A stretch of DNA of 64,000 bases, taken from NCBI GenBank assembly GCA_964534115.1, contig CAZHOK010000002.1, forward strand, positions 2,622 to 66,621. The letters are read 5' to 3'. Positions 54,931 to 64,000 of the stretch are shown here, piece by piece (positions within the stretch are counted from its first letter, which is position 1; each line of letters opens with the position of its first letter). Source of the stretch: an uncultured Beijerinckia sp. GTDB taxonomy: Bacteria > Pseudomonadota > Alphaproteobacteria > Rhizobiales > Beijerinckiaceae. The translations under genes were made by a program, and so were the position numbers. A model generated the notes under the pieces. That model was not told the DNA's origin. It worked only from the letters and a program-made list of their open reading frames with translations, and did not search any database.

Positions 54931-57420
54931 ATGCGGACAACAACTCACTCGCCCATGCATTTTTTGCCCGACGCGATCCGTGAATTCGCTCTTCGACGAT
55001 CTGCGGAACTTCTCGGTTTAATACTCGTCGCTGTATGGATCCTGCTGGCCATCGCGCTTCCAACTTGGTCTCTCCAAGACCCTAGCCTTAACCACGCAAC
55101 CTCTGGCCCTGTCAGAAATTGGCTCGGACCTGCTGGCGCAATATTGGCAGATCTACTCATCCAATCTTTTGGGCTGGCCGCCGCATTCACAATGCTCCCT
55201 TTGCTCGCATGGGGCATGCGACTAATGCTGGCGAGGCGCCTTGAAAGGCCCGCTTTGCGGCTTGGCCTTTGGGTTCTGGCGACCATTTCAGCCGCTACAG
55301 TCCTGTCTCTTTTGCCGGCTTCCGACCGCTGGCCGCTTCCAACTGGTCTTGGCGGGGTAGCTGGCGACGCAATCCTTGCTCTGCCAAAAAAACTAGCCCC
55401 TGAAGGCGGCATGCCGCTTCTTGTCGCGGGCCTGATTGCGGGGGTCATTGGTTTTCTGTCCTTATGTGCCTCAATCGGGTTTGGAATATCTGGATCGTCA
55501 TCGCCGCCTGCAGATCGGCTGGTGGATAGTCCTGAACGGCTCCAGCCAGACGATGAAGACGACACTTCGGGTGAGCCTGGTTTTGCATTGATTTCTCTGG
55601 GCGCCGCCATCCATAGCGTTCTGAGTATCAAGGCAACGATTTCCCGGCTCTTCAGCCGAAGAATGGCCACAAAAAGAATCGACGAACACGTTCCGTCGCG
55701 ACAAAATGAGAATGTATTTCGGGTTGAGCCAACATTGGATCGCCCCGCTCTCCATGAACATGATGCCCAGCGCAGTTCAGCTGATGAATCCCATGAATCA
55801 TTTGCGCGGATTATTCCACCCGTCACCACGATCAAAACCGGGAAACGCGCGCTGCGGGAAGCACAGCCTTCTTTATTGAAAGACCAGGGCTATGAGCTTC
55901 CACCTCTTCTTCTTTTAGCCGAATCAAAAAAGCTATCCGTCACTAAGGTCTCAGAGGATGCACTTGAGCAAAACGCGCGACTGCTTGAGGGTGTCCTGGA
56001 TGATTTCGGCGTTAAGGGAGAGATTATCAATGTCCGTCCAGGTCCAGTTGTTACCCTGTATGAGCTTGAACCTGCACCGGGAATAAAGTCTTCCCGAGTA
56101 ATCGGCTTGGCAGACGATATTGCCCGATCCATGTCGGCAATTTCAGCACGCGTTGCTGTTGTGCAGGGTCGAAATGCAATCGGCATTGAATTGCCTAATC
56201 AGCGGCGGGAGACCGTCTATTTGCGAGAGCTTCTCGCATCAGAGGATTTTGAAAAGAGCAAGAGCCGTCTGGCAATTGCACTTGGCAAGACGATCGGAGG
56301 CGAGCCCATCATCGTAGATCTTGCTCGAATGCCGCATCTGCTCGTTGCTGGAACAACCGGATCCGGAAAGTCCGTAGCAATCAACACCATGATCTTGTCG
56401 CTTCTCTACCGGCTCAAACCGGAAGAATGCCGTCTGATCATGGTAGACCCAAAGATGCTTGAGCTTTCGGTCTATGATGGAATCCCGCATCTTCTGACGC
56501 CCGTCGTCACAGACCCCAAGAAGGCAGTTGTGGCACTCAAATGGGCGGTCCGCGAAATGGAGGACCGCTACAAGAAAATGTCAAAGGTAGGTGTCCGAAA
56601 TATTGATGGATTCAATGCACGAGTTGCGGAAGCGGCTGCAAAAGGAGAGATCATCTCTCGAACCGTGCAAACGGGTTATGACCACGCAACCGGCGAAGCA
56701 ATATACGAGAAAGAGGAGATGGATCTCTCACCGCTACCGTATATTGTCGTGATCGTCGATGAGATGGCCGATCTCATGATGGTGGCGGGCAAGGATATTG
56801 AAGGGGCAATCCAACGTCTGGCCCAAATGGCTCGCGCCGCCGGTATCCATCTGATCATGGCCACTCAACGCCCATCAGTCGATGTGATCACGGGAACAAT
56901 CAAGGCAAATTTTCCGACCCGCATTTCCTTTCAGGTTACATCCAAAATCGACAGCCGGACAATCTTGGGCGAGCAAGGAGCGGAGCAGCTTCTTGGGCAA
57001 GGAGATATGCTCTACATGGCCGGAGGCGGACGGATCTCACGAATTCATGGGCCATTTGTTTCCGACGGTGAGGTCGAACGGGTCGTTTCACATCTCAAAA
57101 TGCAAGGACAGCCCGAGTATCTGGACGCAATAACGTCAGAGGATGAACTTTTCGGCGAAGAGGGCGAGAAGGGCTCCTCAGGTAGCATGGATGCCGAGGA
57201 ATCCGGAGATCTTTACGACCGGGCGGTCAATATCGTTTTGCGAGACCGAAAATGCTCTACGAGCTACATCCAGCGGAGACTTTCAGTCGGCTACAATAAA
57301 GCGGCCTCTCTGGTGGAGCGCATGGAACAAGAGGGTGTTGTTAGCCCTGCCAATCATGCTGGTAAACGCGAAATTCTGGTTGGAGGTGGGGTAGATCGGG
57401 GCGCTTTCGATCCCGACTAG
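54931..57420 (+). CDS. ftsK: DNA translocase FtsK
   Basis: N-terminal TM domain, GPVVTLYELEPAPG, HLLVAGTTGSGKS, LAQMARAAGIHLIMATQRPS and the gamma domain STSYIQRRLSVGYNKAA. Confidence 0.96.
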   Translation: MRTTTHSPMHFLPDAIREFALRRSAELLGLILVAVWILLAIALPTWSLQDPSLNHATSGPVRNWLGPAGAILADLLIQSFGLAAAFTMLPLLAWGMRLMLARRLERPALRLGLWVLATISAATVLSLLPASDRWPLPTGLGGVAGDAILALPKKLAPEGGMPLLVAGLIAGVIGFLSLCASIGFGISGSSSPPADRLVDSPERLQPDDEDDTSGEPGFALISLGAAIHSVLSIKATISRLFSRRMATKRIDEHVPSRQNENVFRVEPTLDRPALHEHDAQRSSADESHESFARIIPPVTTIKTGKRALREAQPSLLKDQGYELPPLLLLAESKKLSVTKVSEDALEQNARLLEGVLDDFGVKGEIINVRPGPVVTLYELEPAPGIKSSRVIGLADDIARSMSAISARVAVVQGRNAIGIELPNQRRETVYLRELLASEDFEKSKSRLAIALGKTIGGEPIIVDLARMPHLLVAGTTGSGKSVAINTMILSLLYRLKPEECRLIMVDPKMLELSVYDGIPHLLTPVVTDPKKAVVALKWAVREMEDRYKKMSKVGVRNIDGFNARVAEAAAKGEIISRTVQTGYDHATGEAIYEKEEMDLSPLPYIVVIVDEMADLMMVAGKDIEGAIQRLAQMARAAGIHLIMATQRPSVDVITGTIKANFPTRISFQVTSKIDSRTILGEQGAEQLLGQGDMLYMAGGGRISRIHGPFVSDGEVERVVSHLKMQGQPEYLDAITSEDELFGEEGEKGSSGSMDAEESGDLYDRAVNIVLRDRKCSTSYIQRRLSVGYNKAASLVERMEQEGVVSPANHAGKREILVGGGVDRGAFDPD

Positions 57421-57481
57421 ACTGTCTCACAAAAGCCACGTCAATCGTTCAAGAAGATGCACCGGAAAAACGGACAGGCTT

Positions 57482-58174
57482 ATGCATTTCTGGCTTCCAG
57501 CACTCACGCTAATTTTCTGGACAAGCTTAGCGAACTCGACGAGCGCGCAAGGCACGCAGCCACTCAATCTAGTGCCATCAATGGGAGCTGCCGACCGAGC
57601 AATATCGCGGCAGGCACCAGCTCAGGCAACCAAGCAACCTATGGACGCGGCGACGGCCATCACGCGAGCAAATTCTTATTTCAATACGAACCTGACAATG
57701 GTGGCAGATTTCATCCAATTGGGAGCGGATGGACGTCGTACAGATGGTAAGCTTTTTGTCTTGCGCCCCGGCAGGCTCCGGTTTGAATATGCAAGACCGG
57801 CAACTCTTGAAATTATAGCTGATGGAACCTCTGTCGCTGTTCGCGATCGAAGACTTGCGACACAAGACGTTTATTTTATCGGGCAAACGCCACTCAAATT
57901 TTTGCTCAAGGAGAAAATAGATATTGCCAGAGACACCAAGGTGCTGGAGGTCAAGGCAGACGAAAAATCAGTTTCTATCCTGATCGAAGACAAAGCTACT
58001 TTTGGCGGGACATCGCGTATCCGTCTGGTCTTTGATGCTGCAAACTTTAGCCTTCGCCAATGGACGGTGACCGATCCGCAGGGGTTCGAAACACTCGTAT
58101 CTCTCACAAACATAGACCTGACAAAGAGACCTGATCCATCTCTTTTTCGGATCAATTATGAGCGATTCGACTGA
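57482..58174 (+). CDS. lolA: Outer-membrane lipoprotein carrier LolA
   Basis: Signal peptide, ADFIQ, LRPGRLRFEY, ADG and TPLKFLL. Follows ftsK. Confidence 0.85.
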   Translation: MHFWLPALTLIFWTSLANSTSAQGTQPLNLVPSMGAADRAISRQAPAQATKQPMDAATAITRANSYFNTNLTMVADFIQLGADGRRTDGKLFVLRPGRLRFEYARPATLEIIADGTSVAVRDRRLATQDVYFIGQTPLKFLLKEKIDIARDTKVLEVKADEKSVSILIEDKATFGGTSRIRLVFDAANFSLRQWTVTDPQGFETLVSLTNIDLTKRPDPSLFRINYERFD

Positions 58175-58252
58175 CCTGATTTGCGAGGACAAATGCGAAT
58201 ACGGGGTTGAATACAGGTTCCGATTGTGTCACCTGCACCATAAGAGAGGTGA

Positions 58253-59062
58253 ATGGTGGCGCTCAAAATTGCAACCTGGAACATCAATTCCGTTCGGCTG
58301 AGAATGCCGATCGTCCTTCGTTATTTAAAGACATTCGAACCTGACGTCCTTTGTCTACAAGAGACAAAATGCAGGGATAGCGAATTCCCTTCAAGTGAAC
58401 TCCGCGCCGCTGGCTACACTCACCTCGCGATCAATGGGCAAAAAGGGTATCACGGTGTGGCGATCGCTTCTCGCCACCCACTTATTCAAATTGTTCGAAG
58501 AGATTTCTGTGCAAAGGGTGATGCACGCCATATTTCAGCAACTCTTGATTCGGGTGGCCGGGAAATCACTATCCATAATTTCTATGTACCTGCGGGTGGC
58601 GATATCCCCGATCCTGAAGAAAACCCCAAATTCGCTCATAAGCTCAGCTTTCTGGACGAAATGGCAGACTGGATGAGGGCTGAGGGATTGGCGCGCAAAC
58701 CATCTGTTTTGGTCGGGGATTTAAATATCGCCCCGCTTGAAACAGACGTGTGGAGTCATAAAGCCCTTCTAAAGGTCGTCAGCCATACACCCATAGAAGT
58801 CGAGCGCTTAAAGAATGTATTCGATGCCGGCCCGTGGGCAGATGCTTTACGCTTGCAGATCCCGCCTGAGAATAAACTTTACACATGGTGGAGCTATCGC
58901 TCGCCAAACTGGGAAAGCGCAAATAAAGGTCGTCGACTAGATCACATATGGATAAGCCCTGACCTAGCAGCAGGATTATCGGATCTTCATATTTTGAAAG
59001 AAGCCCGCGGTTGGGATCGACCATCGGACCATGTTCCGGTCATGATAACATTGAAAAATTAA
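58253..59062 (+). CDS. xth: Exodeoxyribonuclease III
   Basis: IATWNINSVR, LCLQETK, YHGVAI, VGDLNIAP, TWWSYR, RRLDHIW and SDHVPV. Confidence 0.95.
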   Translation: MVALKIATWNINSVRLRMPIVLRYLKTFEPDVLCLQETKCRDSEFPSSELRAAGYTHLAINGQKGYHGVAIASRHPLIQIVRRDFCAKGDARHISATLDSGGREITIHNFYVPAGGDIPDPEENPKFAHKLSFLDEMADWMRAEGLARKPSVLVGDLNIAPLETDVWSHKALLKVVSHTPIEVERLKNVFDAGPWADALRLQIPPENKLYTWWSYRSPNWESANKGRRLDHIWISPDLAAGLSDLHILKEARGWDRPSDHVPVMITLKN

Positions 59063-59066
59063 TCTA

Positions 59067-59489
59067 TCATTTGATTCCAGCGGAGAAATTTGCCAGCCGA
59101 TTCTCTATGGAATTCCGCATTCGCAGCGCGCTCTGTGGATATTCCTTGAGAACACGATGAAAAATAGCCCGCCGGATGACCAGTACCGTGCTTGGCTCGC
59201 GGGCGACCATGGTAGCGGGGCGCTCTGTTGCTGTAAGCAAAGCCATCTCACCAATGAGAGAATGGGCCTTAACGATCTCCGTACCAAGATTGGAGCCCGT
59301 CTCTACGGCAAAGGACCCAGAAAGCACGACGAACCCGCCGTCTGAAATCTCTCCTTTTTTGAAGAGAACATCTCCCATTCTTAAAATTCTGGTCTCTGCA
59401 GAAAAAGCGATAAGCCTTAACGCGTCAGGTTCAAGCTCTTGGAAAATCGGAAGTTGAGCCATCTCCCGAACATCATCATCGAGTGCCAT
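59067..59489 (-). CDS. Cyclic nucleotide-binding domain protein
   Basis: LFKKGEISDGGFVVLSG and LIGEMALLTATERPAT, a stand-alone cNMP domain. Confidence 0.85.
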   Translation of the reverse strand: MALDDDVREMAQLPIFQELEPDALRLIAFSAETRILRMGDVLFKKGEISDGGFVVLSGSFAVETGSNLGTEIVKAHSLIGEMALLTATERPATMVAREPSTVLVIRRAIFHRVLKEYPQSALRMRNSIENRLANFSAGIK

Positions 59490-59506
59490 ATCAACCTGCC
59501 GGAAAA

Positions 59507-60193
59507 CTAGGGCATTAATTTATATCCGCCTGCATCCGTGACCAAGAGCTGAGCATTGGCGGGATTGGCCTCAATCTTTTGTCGAAGTCGGTAAATATGT
59601 GTTTCCAGCGTGTGTGTCGTAACGGCCGCGTTATAACCCCACACCTCTCGCAACAATACATCCCGAGTAACAACTTGCTGTCCTGCGCGGTAGAGAAAAC
59701 GCAGAATCGCCGTTTCTTTTTCGGTAAGACGGAGCTTTCCGCCTTTTTCATTGGTCAGTAATTTAGAGCCAGGCTTAAACGTATACTGGCCAATTCGAAA
59801 TAGAGCGTCATCACTAGCTTCATGCTGGCGCATGTGAGCTCTTATTCTCGCAAGCAGAACGGAAAAGCGGAATGGCTTGCTGACGTAATCATTCGCGCCG
59901 GATTCAAGCCCTTTGACCGTATCTTCTTCAGAATCGTGCCCGGTGAGCATGATAATCGGGCTTTTAAAGCCGCTTTCACGCAATTGCCGAACAGCTTCGC
60001 GCCCATCAATGTCCGGAAGACCGACATCCATCAGCACCATATCTGGAGATGTGGACTTGGCGATGGCGATAGCGGCCTCTGCACAATCGGCTTCTACGAT
60101 AGAGAATTCGGGATGGTGCGAAAGCTGCTCGACAAGAGCCGAGCGAAGGTCAGGATCATCATCGGCAATCAATATCTTACGAACTTGGGTCAT
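59507..60193 (-). CDS. OmpR-family response regulator (no adjacent kinase)
   Basis: IADDD, LMDVGLPD, MLTG, GANDYVSKPF receiver domain and THTLETHIYRLRQKIE winged helix. Confidence 0.92.
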   Translation of the reverse strand: MTQVRKILIADDDPDLRSALVEQLSHHPEFSIVEADCAEAAIAIAKSTSPDMVLMDVGLPDIDGREAVRQLRESGFKSPIIMLTGHDSEEDTVKGLESGANDYVSKPFRFSVLLARIRAHMRQHEASDDALFRIGQYTFKPGSKLLTNEKGGKLRLTEKETAILRFLYRAGQQVVTRDVLLREVWGYNAAVTTHTLETHIYRLRQKIEANPANAQLLVTDAGGYKLMP

Positions 60194-60332
60194 CTTTGTT
60201 TTCCGCCCTAGGAGCTTACGCTTATCTATTACGACGAAGCGGTTCTTGCCAGATCACGACCGCGTGTTCTGGGGGGGATCGTGTCAATGAATATGGAAAT
60301 TGGTCTCAAAGCAAAGGCCGCTGGGAGTCGAT

Positions 60333-60860
60333 ATGCTGAAATTTCTTTACGTGACGGTGCTAGGGCGGCCTCAACCCAGGCACGCAGCCCGCCTCCATGC
60401 TGGTCCTTTGACTTTCCGGGCCTCTATTGGACGGTCAGGAATAAGCTGGAACAAGAGGGAGGGAGACGGCTGCACACCTGCGGGTGCCTTTCTTCTGGGG
60501 CAGGGCTTTTTTCGCAGCGACCGCCTGAAACGCCCCGCGTCGGTCAAGCCGCTGTCTCCCACAAGGCAAAATCTGGCATGGTGCGACGACCCAAGGAGCC
60601 AACTTTACAACCGGCCCGTTAAACGCGGCTCACGCGAGCGACATGAAAATCTTTGGCGCGACGATCAGGTCTACGATATCGTTTTCACGACAAGTCATAA
60701 TGAGCGTCCTCGCATCCTGAACGGGGGCAGCGCCATCTTCGTCCACCTTTCAAATACTGACTACCGCGCCACACAGGGTTGTGTAGCTATTTGTCTCAAT
60801 GACATGAGAAAACTCCTGAGTTTAGTCGGAAAAAAAACAAAAATAATCATTCGTCGATAA
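60333..60860 (+). CDS. L,D-transpeptidase (YkuD-like) family protein
   Basis: GRSGI, KREGDGCTPAG, WCDDP, GSAIFVH and TQGCVA catalytic His/Cys motif. Confidence 0.85.
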   Translation: MLKFLYVTVLGRPQPRHAARLHAGPLTFRASIGRSGISWNKREGDGCTPAGAFLLGQGFFRSDRLKRPASVKPLSPTRQNLAWCDDPRSQLYNRPVKRGSRERHENLWRDDQVYDIVFTTSHNERPRILNGGSAIFVHLSNTDYRATQGCVAICLNDMRKLLSLVGKKTKIIIRR

Positions 60861-61043
60861 TTCGCTTTCCCGTCACCTGCGATCGTTCGGATCGACGAAA
60901 AGCTGGCTGAATAAGCGACCGCAAATTTGGCTCATTTTGGGCGATTATAGGATCGCCCTAAGGCTCGTTGTAACTAGATTTCTGACATGGTTGGAAATCA
61001 ACTTGCCTGCTGAAGTCAAGGCTCGCACTCAATCGATCTAGAT

Positions 61044-61757
61044 TTACAGCTTTTCAATCGCACTTTGTGTGACGTTGCGGGGGCCAAAAATGGCCGATCC
61101 GACGCGGACATGTGTAGCACCCAATTGGATAGCGAGTTCGAAATCCTCACTCATCCCCATCGACAAGCTTCCGATCTCATTCCGACGAGCAATCATTGCC
61201 AATAAGGCAAAATGAGGCGAGGCCTGCTCATTAAGGGGGGGGATGCACATGAGTCCTTCGATCTGCAACCCACATTTTTTTCGGCAATAAGCAATAAATT
61301 CATCTGCATCCTCAGGCAGGATACCGGCTTTTTGTGCCTCCCGTCCGGTGTTGACCTGAATGAATAACTTAGGCCTGTGTGTCGTGACTTGAAACTCCTT
61401 GGCAATGGCATCAGCCAGTTTAGGGCGATCCACGGTCTCAATCACATCAAATAATCCAACCGCTTCACGGACCTTGTTCGTTTGCAATGGGCCAATGAGG
61501 TGCAGTTCGACACCGGGAAAGCGAGCCCGGAGGAGGGGCCATTTGGAAAGTGCCTCTTGAACACGATTCTCGCCAAAAATTCGCTCTCCCGACGCTAGGG
61601 CCACTTCAATCATCGTCGAGGGCTGAGACTTGCTGACACAAACGAGAGCAATATGGTTAGGATCATATCCGCTTGCCCGGGCAGATCTGTCGATCCGCGA
61701 CCGAAGGATGGCGAGATTGTCCAAAATTGCTTCGCGAAAGATCTCAGCCTCGACCAC
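61044..61757 (-). CDS. yggS: YggS family PLP-binding protein
   Basis: CVSKSQ, FGENRVQE, HLIGPLQTNK, GLMCIPP, LSMGMSEDF and VRVGSAIFG. GTG after AGGAGG. Confidence 0.94.
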   Translation of the reverse strand: MVEAEIFREAILDNLAILRSRIDRSARASGYDPNHIALVCVSKSQPSTMIEVALASGERIFGENRVQEALSKWPLLRARFPGVELHLIGPLQTNKVREAVGLFDVIETVDRPKLADAIAKEFQVTTHRPKLFIQVNTGREAQKAGILPEDADEFIAYCRKKCGLQIEGLMCIPPLNEQASPHFALLAMIARRNEIGSLSMGMSEDFELAIQLGATHVRVGSAIFGPRNVTQSAIEKL

Positions 61758-61917
61758 CCTGACTCCTCCTGTGCTTATCCCGCCGATTTAGCAGGCATAT
61801 TCGCCTTTGCCTATGACAGGAGCGTGCAGATTGACCATGGCGCGTAAATCATGCTCATTGAACCCGTAAGACTAGGCTGGCAGCTAGGCCTAGAGTTCAT
61901 CAAATCGACGAAGTGTC

Positions 61918-64000
61918 ATGACGTCTGAACGGTACAACCCGCGGCTCGCGGAAGGAAAGTGGCAAAAGATCTGGGAGGAGCGGAATACGTTCCTGACCAA
62001 CAATCTCGACCCAAAACCCAAATATTACGTACTCGAGATGTTCCCGTACCCATCCGGCAGGATACATATGGGTCACGTGCGGAACTACGCCATGGGTGAC
62101 GTGGTTGCTCGGTACAAGCGAGCCAAGGGCTTTAATGTTCTCCATCCCATGGGATGGGATGCCTTTGGAATGCCGGCCGAAAACGCGGCCATGCAGAACA
62201 AAAGCCATCCTGCAAAATGGACATATGCAAACATTGCCACAATGCGGGGGCAATTGAAGTCCATGGGATTGTCGATCGACTGGTCACGCGAGATCGCGAC
62301 ATGCGACCCTAAATACTACAAACAACAGCAGCGACTGTTTTTGGATTTTCTTGAGGCCGGGCTGATCACCCGCAAGAAATCCAAGGTCAACTGGGACCCC
62401 GTTGATCAGACTGTGCTTGCAAATGAGCAGGTCATTGACGGTCGTGGATGGCGGTCGGGTGCGTTGATTGAGCAGCGCGAGCTAACACAATGGTTCCTCA
62501 AGATCACTGATTATGCGGATGAACTAAATTCCGCTCTCGACCGGCTTGTTCGGTGGCCTGAGAAAGTGCGTCTCATGCAACGCAATTGGATCGGCAAGTC
62601 TGAAGGGCTCCGTATCCGGTTCAAGTTAACGGCCTCAGAAATCTTCGGCGAATCTGAGGTTGAGATTTACACGACCAGGCCAGATACGCTTTTCGGAGCC
62701 TCTTTCGTTGCCCTAGCCCCAGATCATCCGCTTGCGCAAAAAGTGGCAGTTTCAAATGATGAGGCCGCGCGCTTCATCGCGGAATGCCATCGCATGGGGA
62801 CATCTTCAGCAGTTCTGGAGACGGCCGCAAAAAAGGGGGTGCGGACAGGCCTTAGCGTCGAACATCCGCTTGATCCAAATATCCAGATCCCTGTGTATAT
62901 CGCTAATTTTGTTCTGATGGATTATGGAACAGGAGCAATATTTGGCTGCCCTGCACACGATCAGCGGGACTTAGATTTTGCTCGAGCTTACGGCCTGCAA
63001 GTTCTGCCTGTCGTTTGTCCCGCGAATGCGGAAAGCATTATAATTGATCAAACCGCCTATGATGGCGATGGGACGATGATCAATTCGAGCTTCTTGAACG
63101 GCTTAACAATTGGCGAAGCAAAAGAAGTCATTTCCCGACGTTTGGAATCTCAGCATTTGCAGGGCGCGCCACAGGCAAAGCGAGAGGTTCATTTTCGACT
63201 GCGCGATTGGGGTATCTCCAGACAGCGCTATTGGGGATGCCCAATACCAGTCATTCACTGCGAAGACTGCGGTACAATACCAGTTCTCCGATCCTCTCTC
63301 CCGGTTACACTGCCAGAGGATGTCAGCTTCGACAGGCCAGGCAACCCGTTGAGCCATCATCCAACATGGAAACATGTTCACTGCCCGAACTGCGAAAAGG
63401 CAGCAGTTCGCGAAACCGACACGATGGATACGTTCGTCGATTCATCTTGGTATTATGCTCGTTTTACCGATCCCAATAATGATCAAGGGCCAACCTCCAA
63501 GGCCGCCAATCATTGGTTGCCGGTTGATCAGTATATTGGGGGAATTGAGCACGCGATCCTCCATTTACTTTATTCTCGCTTCTTCGCGCGCGCGATGAAA
63601 AAAACCGGACACATCGCCGTCGATGAACCATTCGATGGGCTCTTTACTCAAGGGATGGTTGTTCATGAAACTTATCGCAGCCAAAATGGCGAATGGATGA
63701 CGCCTAATGAAGTGCGTATAGAAGCTACGCAAGGCGGGCGCTGCGCATTTTCCTTGCTTGATTGTTCGCCTGTGCAGATCGGGCAAATCGAGAAAATGTC
63801 CAAGTCGAAACGTAACACAGTCGACCCAGACGAAATCATCGAAACCTATGGAGCGGATACGGCTCGTTGGTTCATGCTGTCAGATTCTCCTCCAGATCGA
63901 GATGTGATTTGGAGTGAAGAAGGGGTTCAAGGTGCATCTCGCTATGTCCAGCAGATTTGGCGTCTTGCAGTCCAGCTTTCTCAAATTTGCAAAACCGCGA
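61918..64000 (+). CDS. leuS: Leucine--tRNA ligase (partial, runs off window end)
   Basis: Absent from the ORF track because it has no stop. Manual translation gives [32 protein letters not shown] (HIGH-like), and KMSKS at ~63793 is in the same frame. Confidence 0.96.
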   Translation, partial: MTSERYNPRLAEGKWQKIWEERNTFLTNNLDPKPKYYVLEMFPYPSGRIHMGHVRNYAMGDVVARYKRAKGFNVLHPMGWDAFGMPAENAAMQNKSHPAKWTYANIATMRGQLKSMGLSIDWSREIATCDPKYYKQQQRLFLDFLEAGLITRKKSKVNWDPVDQTVLANEQVIDGRGWRSGALIEQRELTQWFLKITDYADELNSALDRLVRWPEKVRLMQRNWIGKSEGLRIRFKLTASEIFGESEVEIYTTRPDTLFGASFVALAPDHPLAQKVAVSNDEAARFIAECHRMGTSSAVLETAAKKGVRTGLSVEHPLDPNIQIPVYIANFVLMDYGTGAIFGCPAHDQRDLDFARAYGLQVLPVVCPANAESIIIDQTAYDGDGTMINSSFLNGLTIGEAKEVISRRLESQHLQGAPQAKREVHFRLRDWGISRQRYWGCPIPVIHCEDCGTIPVLRSSLPVTLPEDVSFDRPGNPLSHHPTWKHVHCPNCEKAAVRETDTMDTFVDSSWYYARFTDPNNDQGPTSKAANHWLPVDQYIGGIEHAILHLLYSRFFARAMKKTGHIAVDEPFDGLFTQGMVVHETYRSQNGEWMTPNEVRIEATQGGRCAFSLLDCSPVQIGQIEKMSKSKRNTVDPDEIIETYGADTARWFMLSDSPPDRDVIWSEEGVQGASRYVQQIWRLAVQLSQICKTA

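Overview
A 64 kb chromosomal stretch of an alphaproteobacterium (Hyphomicrobiales/Rhizobiales-type gene content and synteny; inference), made mostly of core genes. In order: a partial TetR regulator, zapE, sdhCDAB, tlpA, argH-lipoprotein-lysA, a TIGR02302-type protein, a PduO-type adenosyltransferase with etfBA-hbd, an HNH protein, thpR, an arylesterase with ybbAP-like ABC genes, a BI-1 protein, htpG-prmC-DUF4167-clpB, an ethylmalonyl-CoA pathway cluster (ecm, ccr, mcd), ftsEX-plsC, tyrC-hisC-chorismate mutase, metXW, ppa, tRNA-Gly(GCC), cnoX-LON domain-Trm112, a UbiH-like hydroxylase, tesB, glnK-amtB, ftsK-lolA-xth, a response regulator, yggS and a partial leuS. I saw no IS, integrase, prophage or CRISPR. 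The standout accessory locus is a three-gene, split-beta cobalt nitrile-hydratase/thiocyanate-hydrolase-like operon (29535-30833, scnB-scnA-scnC order) directly downstream of ecm. Its active site mixes SCNase-type and non-SCNase residues and it has no adjacent activator or amidase, so its substrate is an open question. Other items worth a second look: sdhB lacks about 70 nt including its [2Fe-2S] Cys motif (real lesion or assembly artefact); PhaR-type boxes sit upstream of ccr/ecm and mcd; the metX leader can occlude its RBS but has no recognisable SAM-II riboswitch; htpG sits where prfA normally precedes prmC; and synonymous GC drops markedly across core genes beyond about 15-22 kb. All family calls come from motif recognition by eye; no database search was run.
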